From Promethearchaeia archaeon (lineage in GTDB: Archaea; Asgardarchaeota; Lokiarchaeia; Sigyniarchaeales; SOKP01): 64,000 nt of DNA. The notes below the pieces were generated by a model that saw nothing but the letters and a program-made list of their open reading frames with translations, did not search any database and had not been told where the DNA came from. Shown piece by piece: positions 9,466 through 19,490 of the stretch. The stretch covers positions 1 through 64,000 of the forward strand of contig JAHQWG010000035.1 of assembly GCA_029856045.1 (NCBI GenBank), given 5' to 3'. The first letter of the stretch is position 1, and the number at the start of each line of letters is the position of its first letter. Position numbers and translations under genes: made by a program.

Positions 9466-10509
9466 TTGCACGAATTAAATGATTTCATACTCGGTTTATT
9501 CTTTGCAGATGAGAATAATATAATTTATGAAAATATTAAATTCTCTAAAGAACTTACTGAGTTAAAAAGACAAGAGTTAATGGTACTTCCATTAAAATTT
9601 TTTGGTCCAGTTTTTTTAACTAAGGCATATTCAAGATCTTTTAATTGGGTAATTAAATTTATAGAATCCACACTATCTTTTAAAACGCAAGATACTGAGG
9701 ACACGTCGATTATCCAATCAACGTTTAATCTTAACTCCTCAATTATCACGGATAAAGGGGTTACAAATCTTTTTTCAATTATTGCTTCACCCTATACTGA
9801 AGATATTAATTTTATTTATAAAAAAATGGCAGATTATATTCATCCCGTTTTGCTTCAAGTAAGATCTATGTATCGACAAGAGCTAGATTCAGAAATTAAA
9901 GTTCAAAATTATTTAGATCAAGAGTTAGAGCGAGGTATTAATTTAATTGAATATTCTCTTGGATCCACAAGAAAAATATATTGGAAAGAGCAATTAAAAT
10001 ATTATTGTGTTGGTGTTATAGAGAGAAAGATATCTCGAGATTTGAGTGTAAAAGAATTGAGCATTTATACATTTGATAAAGATGATCCAATGAGAAGGAA
10101 ACATCTAGAAGATATCCCATCCTATTATGTTATGGTCATTTTAACAGGATATTATGAAAAGATGACAAATTTGACTTTGAATATTTTTGAGATGGTAAAT
10201 GTGAATTCCAGCATAAGGCAAATCGAAATAGGTTCAGAAAATAAAAAAGTTTTATATTTAGAAGAATATTCTGAAGACAATGATATTAAAAAGAGTTATG
10301 GTGTCATTTTAATTCCAATGGAAGAAGAATCCGAACATGTTAAAAATAAATCCTTTTATAAGAAGAATTTAAGAAAAATGTTGGATGGAAATATTTCTTT
10401 TGAAAATTTTATCAAACTTATTAATTCTAATTTTACCTTAGAAAAATGGGGAGCGACTTCAAATAAAGAACTTGAAAAAATTCAGGAAATTCTTGATAAA
10501 AAAGATTAA
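9466..10509 (+). CDS. Hypothetical protein, possibly tandem longin-like domains
   Basis: 347-aa ORF with two beta-beta-alpha-beta-beta-beta-alpha-like segments; fold inferred only. Confidence 0.55.
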   Translation: MHELNDFILGLFFADENNIIYENIKFSKELTELKRQELMVLPLKFFGPVFLTKAYSRSFNWVIKFIESTLSFKTQDTEDTSIIQSTFNLNSSIITDKGVTNLFSIIASPYTEDINFIYKKMADYIHPVLLQVRSMYRQELDSEIKVQNYLDQELERGINLIEYSLGSTRKIYWKEQLKYYCVGVIERKISRDLSVKELSIYTFDKDDPMRRKHLEDIPSYYVMVILTGYYEKMTNLTLNIFEMVNVNSSIRQIEIGSENKKVLYLEEYSEDNDIKKSYGVILIPMEEESEHVKNKSFYKKNLRKMLDGNISFENFIKLINSNFTLEKWGATSNKELEKIQEILDKKD

Positions 10510-10522
10510 GGGAGGTTAAAAG

Positions 10523-11131
10523 ATGGATAAAACAGATAATCCTTATAATATTGATAGAGCGCGACTTTTGGATAACTATCGGATTACTGAAAACATTTTA
10601 AAGAGTTCGGAAAAAAATGAAATCAAAATAATTGCACAATGGTTAGTTAATAATCAATCAGCAGGACCTTCTCAAGAAATTAATGTAGAGATAATTAATT
10701 ATTATAGTAAATATTTAAAAAAAGATAAAACTCTTTTAGATTTTGCTCTTGAATGGATTAGAGCGCAAAAGATTAGGAGAGAATATATATTAAATTTAAT
10801 TAAAACGAATTTTCCTAGTAATAACTTAAATCTTGTAATTGACCATTTTATTTCGTCCTTCTTTCTCAAGTATTATGAAATTTTAAGGGATTTATTTACA
10901 GATACGATTCAAGAATACGAACTCAGCGCACTTTTAGAAATTTTATTTGCCTCGGAAAGAGAGCAAAATTTTATTTTTGAAAATCACATGGAAAAGCATA
11001 AAAACAATCCACAATGTCCTACACTTTTTAAAGGTTCAGAAAGAATTGATACAAGTATTCTAACGCTAAGATCTGGACTTGCAAACATAATTCTAAGAGA
11101 TTATGAACCGATAGTTCAAATTCCTCCTTGA
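10523..11131 (+). CDS. Hypothetical helical protein
   Basis: 202-aa ORF with a GGAGG RBS upstream; co-oriented with the previous gene. Confidence 0.7.
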   Translation: MDKTDNPYNIDRARLLDNYRITENILKSSEKNEIKIIAQWLVNNQSAGPSQEINVEIINYYSKYLKKDKTLLDFALEWIRAQKIRREYILNLIKTNFPSNNLNLVIDHFISSFFLKYYEILRDLFTDTIQEYELSALLEILFASEREQNFIFENHMEKHKNNPQCPTLFKGSERIDTSILTLRSGLANIILRDYEPIVQIPP

Positions 11132-11199
11132 AAAATTACATATTCTGTAAAGAACTTAAGATAAGTAACTATAACTACTACTTATCTTTATAGGTAAAT

Positions 11200-12309
11200 A
11201 TGATTATTCCTTTATATGAAAAGTTAGCACGATTAGTTGTTGAATATTCATTAGAGATCAAAAAAGGTCAGAGAATTATAATAAGGGGTCCAAGTAATGC
11301 AGAAGCTCTCTTTCAAGCTCTTTATTTGGAAGTTGTTAAGGTTGGAGCCCATCCAATGCTTGAAGTAGAACTTGAAGGAACACATGAGCTTTTCTTAAAA
11401 TATGCTTCTGAGGAGCAGTTGTTATATGTTGATAATCTTGAAAGATTAGTAAGGAAAGAATTTGATGGCTTTATTGTAATACGTTCAGATTATAATACAC
11501 GTAGATTAAGTACTATTGATCCCAAATTAATTGCGACCTATACAGGAGCACCGGCAAGAAAAGAATTAAGAGATATTTTTGAGACTAGAGTTGTGAAAGG
11601 GGAGTTGAAGTGGGCTTTAATTCCATTTCCATGTCATGCTTATGCTCAAGAAGCAAATATGGATTTATTTTCATATACAGAGTTTGTAGAAAAAGCATTA
11701 TTATTAGATAAAGAAGACCCGGTTGAGGAGTGGAGAAAAGTAGAGAAGGAACAAGATAAAATTGTGGATTACTTGAATAAAGTTGAGGAAATACATGTAA
11801 TTGGCGAAGATACCGATTTAACTCTATTAGTTAAGGGAAGAACATGGATAAATTGTTGCGGGCGCCTTAACTTACCTGATGGAGAGGTTTTTACGGGTCC
11901 AGTGGAAGATTCTGTGAATGGACACATTCGTTTCACTTATCCCGGGATTTATGCTGGCAATGAGATTGAAAATATCTATTTAGAATTTAAAGATGGAGAG
12001 GTAGTGCGCGCTACTGCTGATAAAGGTGAAGGATTGCTTAACGAATTACTTAATATTGAGAATGCTAGAAGATTGGGAGAATTTGCAGTTGGAACAAATT
12101 ATGGTATTACCCAATTTACCCGAAACATGTTATTTGATGAGAAGATTGGTGGAACCTTGCATTGTGCGATTGGATTGGGATTTAAGCAAACAGGTTCGAA
12201 AAATATGTGTGCTTTGCACTGGGATATCTTAAAAGATATGCGAATTCCTGGTTCGCAAATATATGCTGATGATAAACTAATCTATGAAGAAGGAAAGTGG
12301 AAGATTTAA
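11200..12309 (+). CDS. Aminopeptidase, M29 (AmpS/AmpT) family
   Basis: NLPDGEVFTGP, ARRLGEFAVG, LFDEKIGGTLHCAIG, HWD. Confidence 0.93.
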   Translation: MIIPLYEKLARLVVEYSLEIKKGQRIIIRGPSNAEALFQALYLEVVKVGAHPMLEVELEGTHELFLKYASEEQLLYVDNLERLVRKEFDGFIVIRSDYNTRRLSTIDPKLIATYTGAPARKELRDIFETRVVKGELKWALIPFPCHAYAQEANMDLFSYTEFVEKALLLDKEDPVEEWRKVEKEQDKIVDYLNKVEEIHVIGEDTDLTLLVKGRTWINCCGRLNLPDGEVFTGPVEDSVNGHIRFTYPGIYAGNEIENIYLEFKDGEVVRATADKGEGLLNELLNIENARRLGEFAVGTNYGITQFTRNMLFDEKIGGTLHCAIGLGFKQTGSKNMCALHWDILKDMRIPGSQIYADDKLIYEEGKWKI

Positions 12310-12325
12310 ATAAGCAATAAAAAAG

Positions 12326-13969
12326 TTATTCCATAAAAACTGAATATTTTTGGACAAAATATTTTTTTACTAGATAGCTAGTAGGTTTAAAAGGATTAAT
12401 GTGTCCTTTAAAATTTTTTAGTTCTTTCTCAAATTTTTGTTCAAATTCTTTTGAAAAATCATCGAGTTTTTTCAGTAATATTGGTAAATCCATGCTTGAG
12501 ATTAAAGCGGCGATATGATATTTTCCGTAGGAAAAAAACAAGTTTACTCCTTCTTTTTTAATCTTTCTAAGTTGTTTTTTACTCATTGTTATTTCATTAA
12601 TTATAGTGATTACTCCAGTAAGACCGCCAGAAATCAGATCTTCGTCCATTTCAAATCGTTCGATTTTTATTTTGGATTTACTATCTTTTTCTAAGTTATG
12701 AAAATAAAGACAAATGCCATCATAATTGAATATATAAAGATTTTTAATAGTGGAAGCCCATTGAAGTTCTTTAGAGACTAAGAATTCTTTCATTCCCATC
12801 ATCCAAACGAGAAGAATAACTAGAAGAAATGAGTTTATTCGATCAGGGAACTCAGGTATTATCAGATTCAAATCGGGGTTGGCGTTATATAATCCATTTA
12901 TCCATTTACTAAAAACATATCCAAGGACAATTCCAATGAACATTAAAGACATTAAAAGCCCATTAATTCGCCCTCTGTATTTTAATTTCCCTCTTTCTGT
13001 TGAAAAATCTCCGGATACTGTAAAAATGGCGAGTAAAAGCGGTGTAATTGAGAACCCATAATGTATTGAGAGATAGATTTTTTTAGGTATGCCATATATT
13101 ACTTCTGCTTCAACAAATGAACCATAGGATATAAGGAAAAATGAAAGAACTAAAATTCCCAAGACAATTGCATATTTTCGACCAATGTTATCTAAAAACC
13201 AGCCTGCCGCCAGTAAATAAAAAAAAGAGGCGATTGCGAATGTTATAATATCCAAGTCAAAACCATAACGTGCGAGTAAATCACCTAAAATAAAACTTAA
13301 TACTGTGAAACTGGAAGAGTATCGAAAAAAATGCTTCTCAAAAATAATTTTCATATATTTTTCATCAGATATAAGTCTTTCTTCAGTTTCTATATACTTA
13401 TAAGATCTTGAATACCAATAAATAATAATTAAAAGAACAGCTTCTACAATGAAAAGATAGGGATATAGGAACTCAAAGAATATAAAAGCAATTCCAATTA
13501 AACCTACAATGGAACATGAAATTATCAGAAAAGCCGTTACTCTTCCTCTATTAAGGATATTGGTTTCATGAATTAATGTTGTAAACCATAATACAACTAG
13601 TTGAGGTAATGTAAAAAGTATAATAAATAAACCAATATAATCAAAAATGGTACCAGTAAAATTAGTTAAGAACAGTCCTATAATGCAAATTAGTAAGGTT
13701 ATATTATAAAACCTTGTTTTATTCTTTATTTTATCACCAAGACAACCAGAAGCAAGAAAACTGAGAGAAACCACAATTAATAGAGTGATTCTTTCAGGAT
13801 CCAAAGCAAACCCCTCCCCAGTTAAGGCAACATATTTGAAGAGAAGAACTTCGGTGATTATTATAATTGCAAAACTAGAGAGTATTAAATAAATAAAAGA
13901 AATCTTAGGCAAATTTATATCTCTTATAAATGTTTTTCTAATCCAGGTCTTGATGGAATCTTTATTCAT
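12326..13969 (-). CDS. MFS-like 12-TM protein fused to a C-terminal longin domain
   Basis: About 12 TM segments with MFS loop motifs (GCLGDKI; GWFLDNIGRK; YRGRING); C-terminus LYIFNYDGICLY...DLISGGLTGV...IKKEG...F...F matches the Asgard longin pattern. Confidence 0.75.
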   Translation of the reverse strand: MNKDSIKTWIRKTFIRDINLPKISFIYLILSSFAIIIITEVLLFKYVALTGEGFALDPERITLLIVVSLSFLASGCLGDKIKNKTRFYNITLLICIIGLFLTNFTGTIFDYIGLFIILFTLPQLVVLWFTTLIHETNILNRGRVTAFLIISCSIVGLIGIAFIFFEFLYPYLFIVEAVLLIIIYWYSRSYKYIETEERLISDEKYMKIIFEKHFFRYSSSFTVLSFILGDLLARYGFDLDIITFAIASFFYLLAAGWFLDNIGRKYAIVLGILVLSFFLISYGSFVEAEVIYGIPKKIYLSIHYGFSITPLLLAIFTVSGDFSTERGKLKYRGRINGLLMSLMFIGIVLGYVFSKWINGLYNANPDLNLIIPEFPDRINSFLLVILLVWMMGMKEFLVSKELQWASTIKNLYIFNYDGICLYFHNLEKDSKSKIKIERFEMDEDLISGGLTGVITIINEITMSKKQLRKIKKEGVNLFFSYGKYHIAALISSMDLPILLKKLDDFSKEFEQKFEKELKNFKGHINPFKPTSYLVKKYFVQKYSVFME

Positions 13970-14125
13970 TATTCTCTTTTAAAATTAATTTGTATATTAT
14001 CTTTTCTGTATATCTTTTATTTAATATTTATGTCAAAATGAAAGTAATTATTCAAATAATTAATTATTTTGTCAAATAAATGATTATTTCAAAAAGACAT
14101 TTTTAAAAAAGTAAAAATGGAAATT

Positions 14126-14998
14126 TTAATTCTTGGGCATTTTCTCTTTACTTTTTTCGATTTTAATTAGTAGATATCCTACAAGCCGATGGCTTATTAC
14201 TTGTATGAATGATAATAACCACCACCAGCGAGGAATAAATATTTCTCTTTTATATTTACGTGATGCCTTTAGTACAAGTTTTGCTATATCTCTAGCTTCA
14301 ACGTATTTGTATAAAAAACCTCTTTTTTGGTATTTTTCAACCCATTTTTTCAATTCTGGAGATCTCTCCCAAAACTTGGTACTTGCCGGAGCAGGACAAA
14401 TAGTGATTACTTGAATATTATGATTTTGCATTTTATACTCCAATCGAATTGAATCTGCCATTCCAACGATTGCATATTTGCTCATTGAGTAAGCTGCCAT
14501 ATTAGGAATACCTGCCTTTCCCGCTGAACTTGAAGTGAAAATTAGTTGACCTTCTCGTTTATCAGGAAATTCTTCAGTTGGAGCAGAACGACCAATGTAA
14601 GGAAATGCTGCTTGAAGAACGAGCCATATACCATCAACATTTACGGACATTATTCTTCGATATTCTTTAAATGTTCCACCATTTGTTATGGAACAAATAT
14701 CACCAATTCCAGCATTATTATATAAAATATCTATATACTTCTCTTTTTCACCAATGCTTTGAATAACCGATTCCACCTGTTCAGGATTTAGAACATCAAA
14801 TGCAAATGCTTCCACATACTCAGCTCCGAGTTCTTTTATTTCTTTTACTAATTCATTAAGCGCTGGACCTGGTAGATCTAACAAATACATCCGCATTCCT
14901 AATGGTGCAAAATGACGGCAGACCTCACTACCAATATCTCCACTTGCTCCAGTTATTACAAATGTCTTTCCTTTATACCATTTCTTTTTCATAATCAT
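14126..14998 (-). CDS. Short-chain dehydrogenase/reductase
   Basis: TGASGDIG, NNAG, SS, YSMSK. Confidence 0.93.
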   Translation of the reverse strand: MIMKKKWYKGKTFVITGASGDIGSEVCRHFAPLGMRMYLLDLPGPALNELVKEIKELGAEYVEAFAFDVLNPEQVESVIQSIGEKEKYIDILYNNAGIGDICSITNGGTFKEYRRIMSVNVDGIWLVLQAAFPYIGRSAPTEEFPDKREGQLIFTSSSAGKAGIPNMAAYSMSKYAIVGMADSIRLEYKMQNHNIQVITICPAPASTKFWERSPELKKWVEKYQKRGFLYKYVEARDIAKLVLKASRKYKREIFIPRWWWLLSFIQVISHRLVGYLLIKIEKSKEKMPKN

Positions 14999-15199
14999 AA
15001 ACTTTTTTTAATTTTAAGATCTTATTTTTGTGTAAGAATCTCTATAGCATATTTTTTAGTGATTTTATTTAAACTTAAGAGTATTTAAAAATTTTGTCAA
15101 AAAGACCTTTTATTATTATTAATTACTTAGATGAGTGAATTAGTCAATAATACTAACAATTACAAAAGATTTTTTATAAATCAATGGCTTCAATGATCA

Positions 15200-16297
15200 A
15201 TGGCTTCATTAATTGATTTATTCATAATTTTACCTTTTATTGCTCTTTTAATTTACTTTCAAGTAAAAATTATAAAATATTCCCGCGATAAAAACGCAAA
15301 ATTTTATTGCAAAATACTATTAGTGCTCTATATTATTATAGTTTTTACCTTTTTCTTAAATGTAGATTACAAATTTCCAGCAGGTTTTGCAATGTGGTTA
15401 GGTATGGGGATAATTCTTGGTTATTTTGGTCTTTATAATTTGATAAATATAAAATTCCTTCATAGACAACAAGAAATAAAAGAAATTGACAAGGAATTTC
15501 AAGAATTCAGAGCTAATACACATGAGTATATAAGAAAATTTTTTCATTTCTTCTTTTTTGGAGGGGTTTTATTAGATGTTATCATTTTTAACACAATTAC
15601 TATTGCTCTATTAGAAAATATTCCAGGTTTTGCAGAATTTTGCAATATAAATCCATTTTGGCCAGGTTTTGATTTTTTAATTACACCAAAATATATATCA
15701 CCAACTCTAGTTGATATCAGTGTAATGGTATTTTTTATGATTGGTGTACCTTTTGCGATAATTTTAGAATTTTTTAGGTTAAGTCCAAATATGGGTATCC
15801 CATTTTATAGGTTATTTAAGAAAAGTTTAAGACCTTCAGAACAATACAACGTTGGGCACTATTATTACTTCATATTTGGTATTTTTATGGCATCTATTTT
15901 TCTACCAATTGCTTGTACATTTGGAATACTCTGTCTCCTATGTTTTGGTGATACATTTGCCTCTATAATTGGTAAAAAGATTGGAAAGCATAAGATAAAA
16001 TGGGAATCTGAAAAATCATGGGAGGGAACTATAAGTGGCTCCATAATAACATTTATTACTTCTTACTTCTTTATTGGCTGGGAATTAGCAATTATATTAA
16101 CTCTAATTTTTGGTATTTTTGATATGATTACGCCCAATTTACTAAAGATATCTGATAATTTATTATATCCATTATTAGCTGGCATCATCTTGTACTTAAT
16201 AGTTGTAATATTTGGTTATCAAATTCACGCGCCGATTGCAGATATTTTCGCACATTTTAATGAATGGTATGCAATGTTTTACCCGGAGTGGGCTTAA
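15200..16297 (+). CDS. Dolichol/phytol kinase-like CTP-dependent kinase (SEC59/DGK1 family)
   Basis: RKFFH, LRPSE, GDTFASIIGKKIG, KSWEG, SDNL; multi-TM. Confidence 0.85.
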   Translation: MASLIDLFIILPFIALLIYFQVKIIKYSRDKNAKFYCKILLVLYIIIVFTFFLNVDYKFPAGFAMWLGMGIILGYFGLYNLINIKFLHRQQEIKEIDKEFQEFRANTHEYIRKFFHFFFFGGVLLDVIIFNTITIALLENIPGFAEFCNINPFWPGFDFLITPKYISPTLVDISVMVFFMIGVPFAIILEFFRLSPNMGIPFYRLFKKSLRPSEQYNVGHYYYFIFGIFMASIFLPIACTFGILCLLCFGDTFASIIGKKIGKHKIKWESEKSWEGTISGSIITFITSYFFIGWELAIILTLIFGIFDMITPNLLKISDNLLYPLLAGIILYLIVVIFGYQIHAPIADIFAHFNEWYAMFYPEWA

Positions 16298-16460
16298 TGT
16301 CCGGAAATTTTTCTAATTTCTCTTTTTTTAAAAAAGAAGTTTAATTTTTCTTTAGATGATAATTTTCCTTTAAAAAGAGGATAAAAACGAATTTTTATTA
16401 ACCTTTTTTTAATTTTTAATATTATTTATTATTTGAAAATAATTCTCTCAAAATAATTCT

Positions 16461-17279
16461 ATGATTGAAGAATTAAACGATATTGCTTTATTTATTTTTG
16501 ATTTAGATGGAGTCATTTATCGAGGAGATGCCTTGATAAAACATTCAAATTTAATCATAAAGACTCTACGTAATAAAGGTATTGATGTAGTTTTTAATAC
16601 AAATAATTCCACAGCCACACGGGAGATGTATGTTAAAAAACTTAAAAACTTTGGAATTCAAACCATTAGAGAAGATATTTATACAAGTGCTTATATTACT
16701 GCTCAAAAATTGTCTAAAATAAAAAATAATTCAAATATTTTCATTATAGGAGAAATTGGGCTTAAATTGGAGTTAGAAGCTCAAGGACATAATGTTTTTA
16801 CTGATAATTCTCTCTCAGATGAGATTGATTTTGTGGTTGTTGGTTTAGATAGACATTTAACTTATGAAAAAGTGAGTATTGCTCAAGAATGTATATTGAA
16901 TTACGGAGCAAAATTTTATGCAACCAATTCAGATGCTACACTTCCAACAAAACAGGGAATCTTACCTGGAGCTGGAGTTATGGTTAAGGCAGTTGAGATC
17001 GCGACAGGTCATAAGCCGTTAGAGATCTTTGGAAAACCCCAGATTACGGGAATTGAGTTGATATTAGAGAAGTATGATACGCCTCCAGATAAAGCAGTAT
17101 TTGTAGGTGATAGATTAAATACGGATATTGTTGCTGGTAATCGAGCAAAGTTAAAAACAATTTTAGTCCTTACTGGAGTGACTAACAGGAAAATGCTGAA
17201 AAACATTAGCAGCGAATTGAGTACCCCAGATATTGTAATCAATACATTAAGCGATTTATTTATACATCAAAAGCTCTAA
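16461..17279 (+). CDS. HAD-IIA hydrolase (NagD-like)
   Basis: FDLDGV, TNNS, GKP, VGDRLNTDI, VLTGV. Confidence 0.93.
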   Translation: MIEELNDIALFIFDLDGVIYRGDALIKHSNLIIKTLRNKGIDVVFNTNNSTATREMYVKKLKNFGIQTIREDIYTSAYITAQKLSKIKNNSNIFIIGEIGLKLELEAQGHNVFTDNSLSDEIDFVVVGLDRHLTYEKVSIAQECILNYGAKFYATNSDATLPTKQGILPGAGVMVKAVEIATGHKPLEIFGKPQITGIELILEKYDTPPDKAVFVGDRLNTDIVAGNRAKLKTILVLTGVTNRKMLKNISSELSTPDIVINTLSDLFIHQKL

Positions 17280-17407
17280 TTTCTTATTTTTATCTTTAAA
17301 GAAAATATTGGAACCGAAACGAAAATTTCCAATTTTAATAGTTTTTAAATAGTTAAAAGTTGTAGTAATGATCATAAAAATAATTATAATTTAATCGGGT
17401 TGGGATA

Positions 17408-17944
17408 TTGAGCATTAATGAATTTGAAATTGAAAAAACTAATGAAAAAATTAAAAACAGTAGAGAAGAATTAAATGCTTTAAGTGGATATGAAATTATT
17501 ACTGAATCCTTAATTCTAAAAGTATATGATGTATTCGGGCGCAATGCTCTTCTTAGTATATTATATCAAGTTGGAACAGCCCCAGGATTGTCAATTGCAA
17601 AAAGATTAAAAGAGAAATATAATAAGGAAGTATTTGGAATACTTGAATCCATTGAACTTCTACTTGGAGAATTAAAAGAATTTTACTCTGTTCAAATTAC
17701 AAACGTTGAAGAAGATGAGAAAAAAATTAGGTTTGTTATTTTCAATAAATGTTTTCTTCGGGATTCTTATAAACATCGTAAGAGATTGAAGCCCGGGAAA
17801 GCTTTTTGCAGAGTTAATAAAGGGTATTTTGAGAAAGCTTTAAAAGAAATGCTTGGAGAAACGGTTAAGAAAATAGAGATTAATTTTTTAGATGACAATG
17901 TTGAAAAGGATGTTTGTGAAGAAGAGATAATCTTCTTTAAGTAA
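17408..17944 (+). CDS. V4R / Bet3(TRAPP)-like fold protein
   Basis: LYQVG..PG..IA helix, CF, FCRVNKGYFEKAL, terminal C-x-x-x-I. Confidence 0.7.
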   Translation: MSINEFEIEKTNEKIKNSREELNALSGYEIITESLILKVYDVFGRNALLSILYQVGTAPGLSIAKRLKEKYNKEVFGILESIELLLGELKEFYSVQITNVEEDEKKIRFVIFNKCFLRDSYKHRKRLKPGKAFCRVNKGYFEKALKEMLGETVKKIEINFLDDNVEKDVCEEEIIFFK

Positions 17945-17963
17945 ATTTTCTCTTAATTAATAT

Positions 17964-19364
17964 TTACTCCAAGAATCTACTATAATTATTGAGAAAATTC
18001 AAGTTAAAGATTTGAGCATCAATTAGAGAATCTAATTGTACGAATTCATTCGGTGCATGAGCAAAACCCCCGATCCCAAGGCCACCTACAATAAAATTTT
18101 TATTCAAATTGGTTTTAATAATACTTAAAGGGGCTGCTGCTGGGCTTAAAGGCCATATCTCAGGTTCCAAATTTATATCTTTACAAGTCTTTAAAAAAAC
18201 TTTGCTAATTGTAGAATCTATTGGAACTCGAGAACCTGAATATCCCATATTGTATTTTAAGTCGAATTTTGAAGCTGATTTTATAATAAATTTTTGTAAT
18301 TTATTTTTAATATCGTTAAAAATCTGTTCAGGGGATATATCATGGGCGAATCTAATATCTATGTTTGCCAATGCAGAATTAGCGACCATATTTTTATAAC
18401 CATTTTCCAAATATCCGGATTTTAACGAGGAAATATTAAAAGTTGGTTGAAAAAGATATTTCAAAAAAGCTGATTTGACATCGGAATCTATTATTCGATT
18501 AATACCTGCTTTATTAATAACATCATCCATACTGATTTTTTCAATTAAATTTTCAAAAATAACCTTCTCTGAGTTGTTATACTTATAAGGTTCAACTAAT
18601 ATTTTGATTTTAAATCCTGTTTCATCATAAAGTTTATTTAAAAATATGTTTAAATCTCTCGCTGGATTTGCTATAATATTACTAAACGCGGAGTGGGGTT
18701 CCTTATTTTCTGAATAAGCCTTTATTGATAAAGAGATAATGCCTTTATAACCCATTTTAATTACTGGTGTCTTATCCAAATTTTGTTTTGCAGAAGGGTA
18801 ATAACAATCAATACATTGCTTTAGTTTTGTTCTATTTTGATTCAGAAATTCACGGAATGTGGGAGAACCAATCTCTTCTTCTCCATCGAATACTAATATT
18901 AATGAAATTGGCAATAAATTTTCTCTTTTTAATATTTTTACAACGTTTAGGAACGTCATTAATGGAGTTTTCGAATTATATGCACCTCGGGCAATTATAC
19001 AGTCTCCTAATTTTTCTAAAGGGGGATTTAATTTTGAAATTTCAGCTGCAAAGGGGGGTGATATCCAATCCTTTTCCTTACTTATTGGTTGCGTGTCATA
19101 CATCATATAGATTAAAAGTTTTTCAGGACGATTTCCCTTTACTTCAGTAAAAATAGTAGGATTAATTTTATGCTCAAAAATATTTATCTCTTCACAAAAC
19201 TCAGAAATATAATTAATGATGAATTTTTTTGCTTGCTTAATCCCATTTGAATTTAAAGAATAACTTGGAATTCGTAAAAATTCTTGTAAATCATTAGTTA
19301 TGAATAGAGCGTTTTCTTCCTGAATTTGGTTTCGAATATTTTCTAAATTAATACTATTAGACAC
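17964..19364 (-). CDS. M20 family metallopeptidase
   Basis: YDTQP, PPF, ARGA, GEEEIGS, HS, DIRF, AHAPNE. Confidence 0.88.
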   Translation of the reverse strand: MSNSINLENIRNQIQEENALFITNDLQEFLRIPSYSLNSNGIKQAKKFIINYISEFCEEINIFEHKINPTIFTEVKGNRPEKLLIYMMYDTQPISKEKDWISPPFAAEISKLNPPLEKLGDCIIARGAYNSKTPLMTFLNVVKILKRENLLPISLILVFDGEEEIGSPTFREFLNQNRTKLKQCIDCYYPSAKQNLDKTPVIKMGYKGIISLSIKAYSENKEPHSAFSNIIANPARDLNIFLNKLYDETGFKIKILVEPYKYNNSEKVIFENLIEKISMDDVINKAGINRIIDSDVKSAFLKYLFQPTFNISSLKSGYLENGYKNMVANSALANIDIRFAHDISPEQIFNDIKNKLQKFIIKSASKFDLKYNMGYSGSRVPIDSTISKVFLKTCKDINLEPEIWPLSPAAAPLSIIKTNLNKNFIVGGLGIGGFAHAPNEFVQLDSLIDAQIFNLNFLNNYSRFLE

Positions 19365-19490
19365 GTTCTGATGACCTTAATTTATAGATAAATATCTATT
19401 AATTTTATACAATTAAAAAATGATTCAAAATAAAATAAAAAAATTTTTTGAATAATAAAATATTTGTATTTTGAAAAAGAAGAATAAGAA

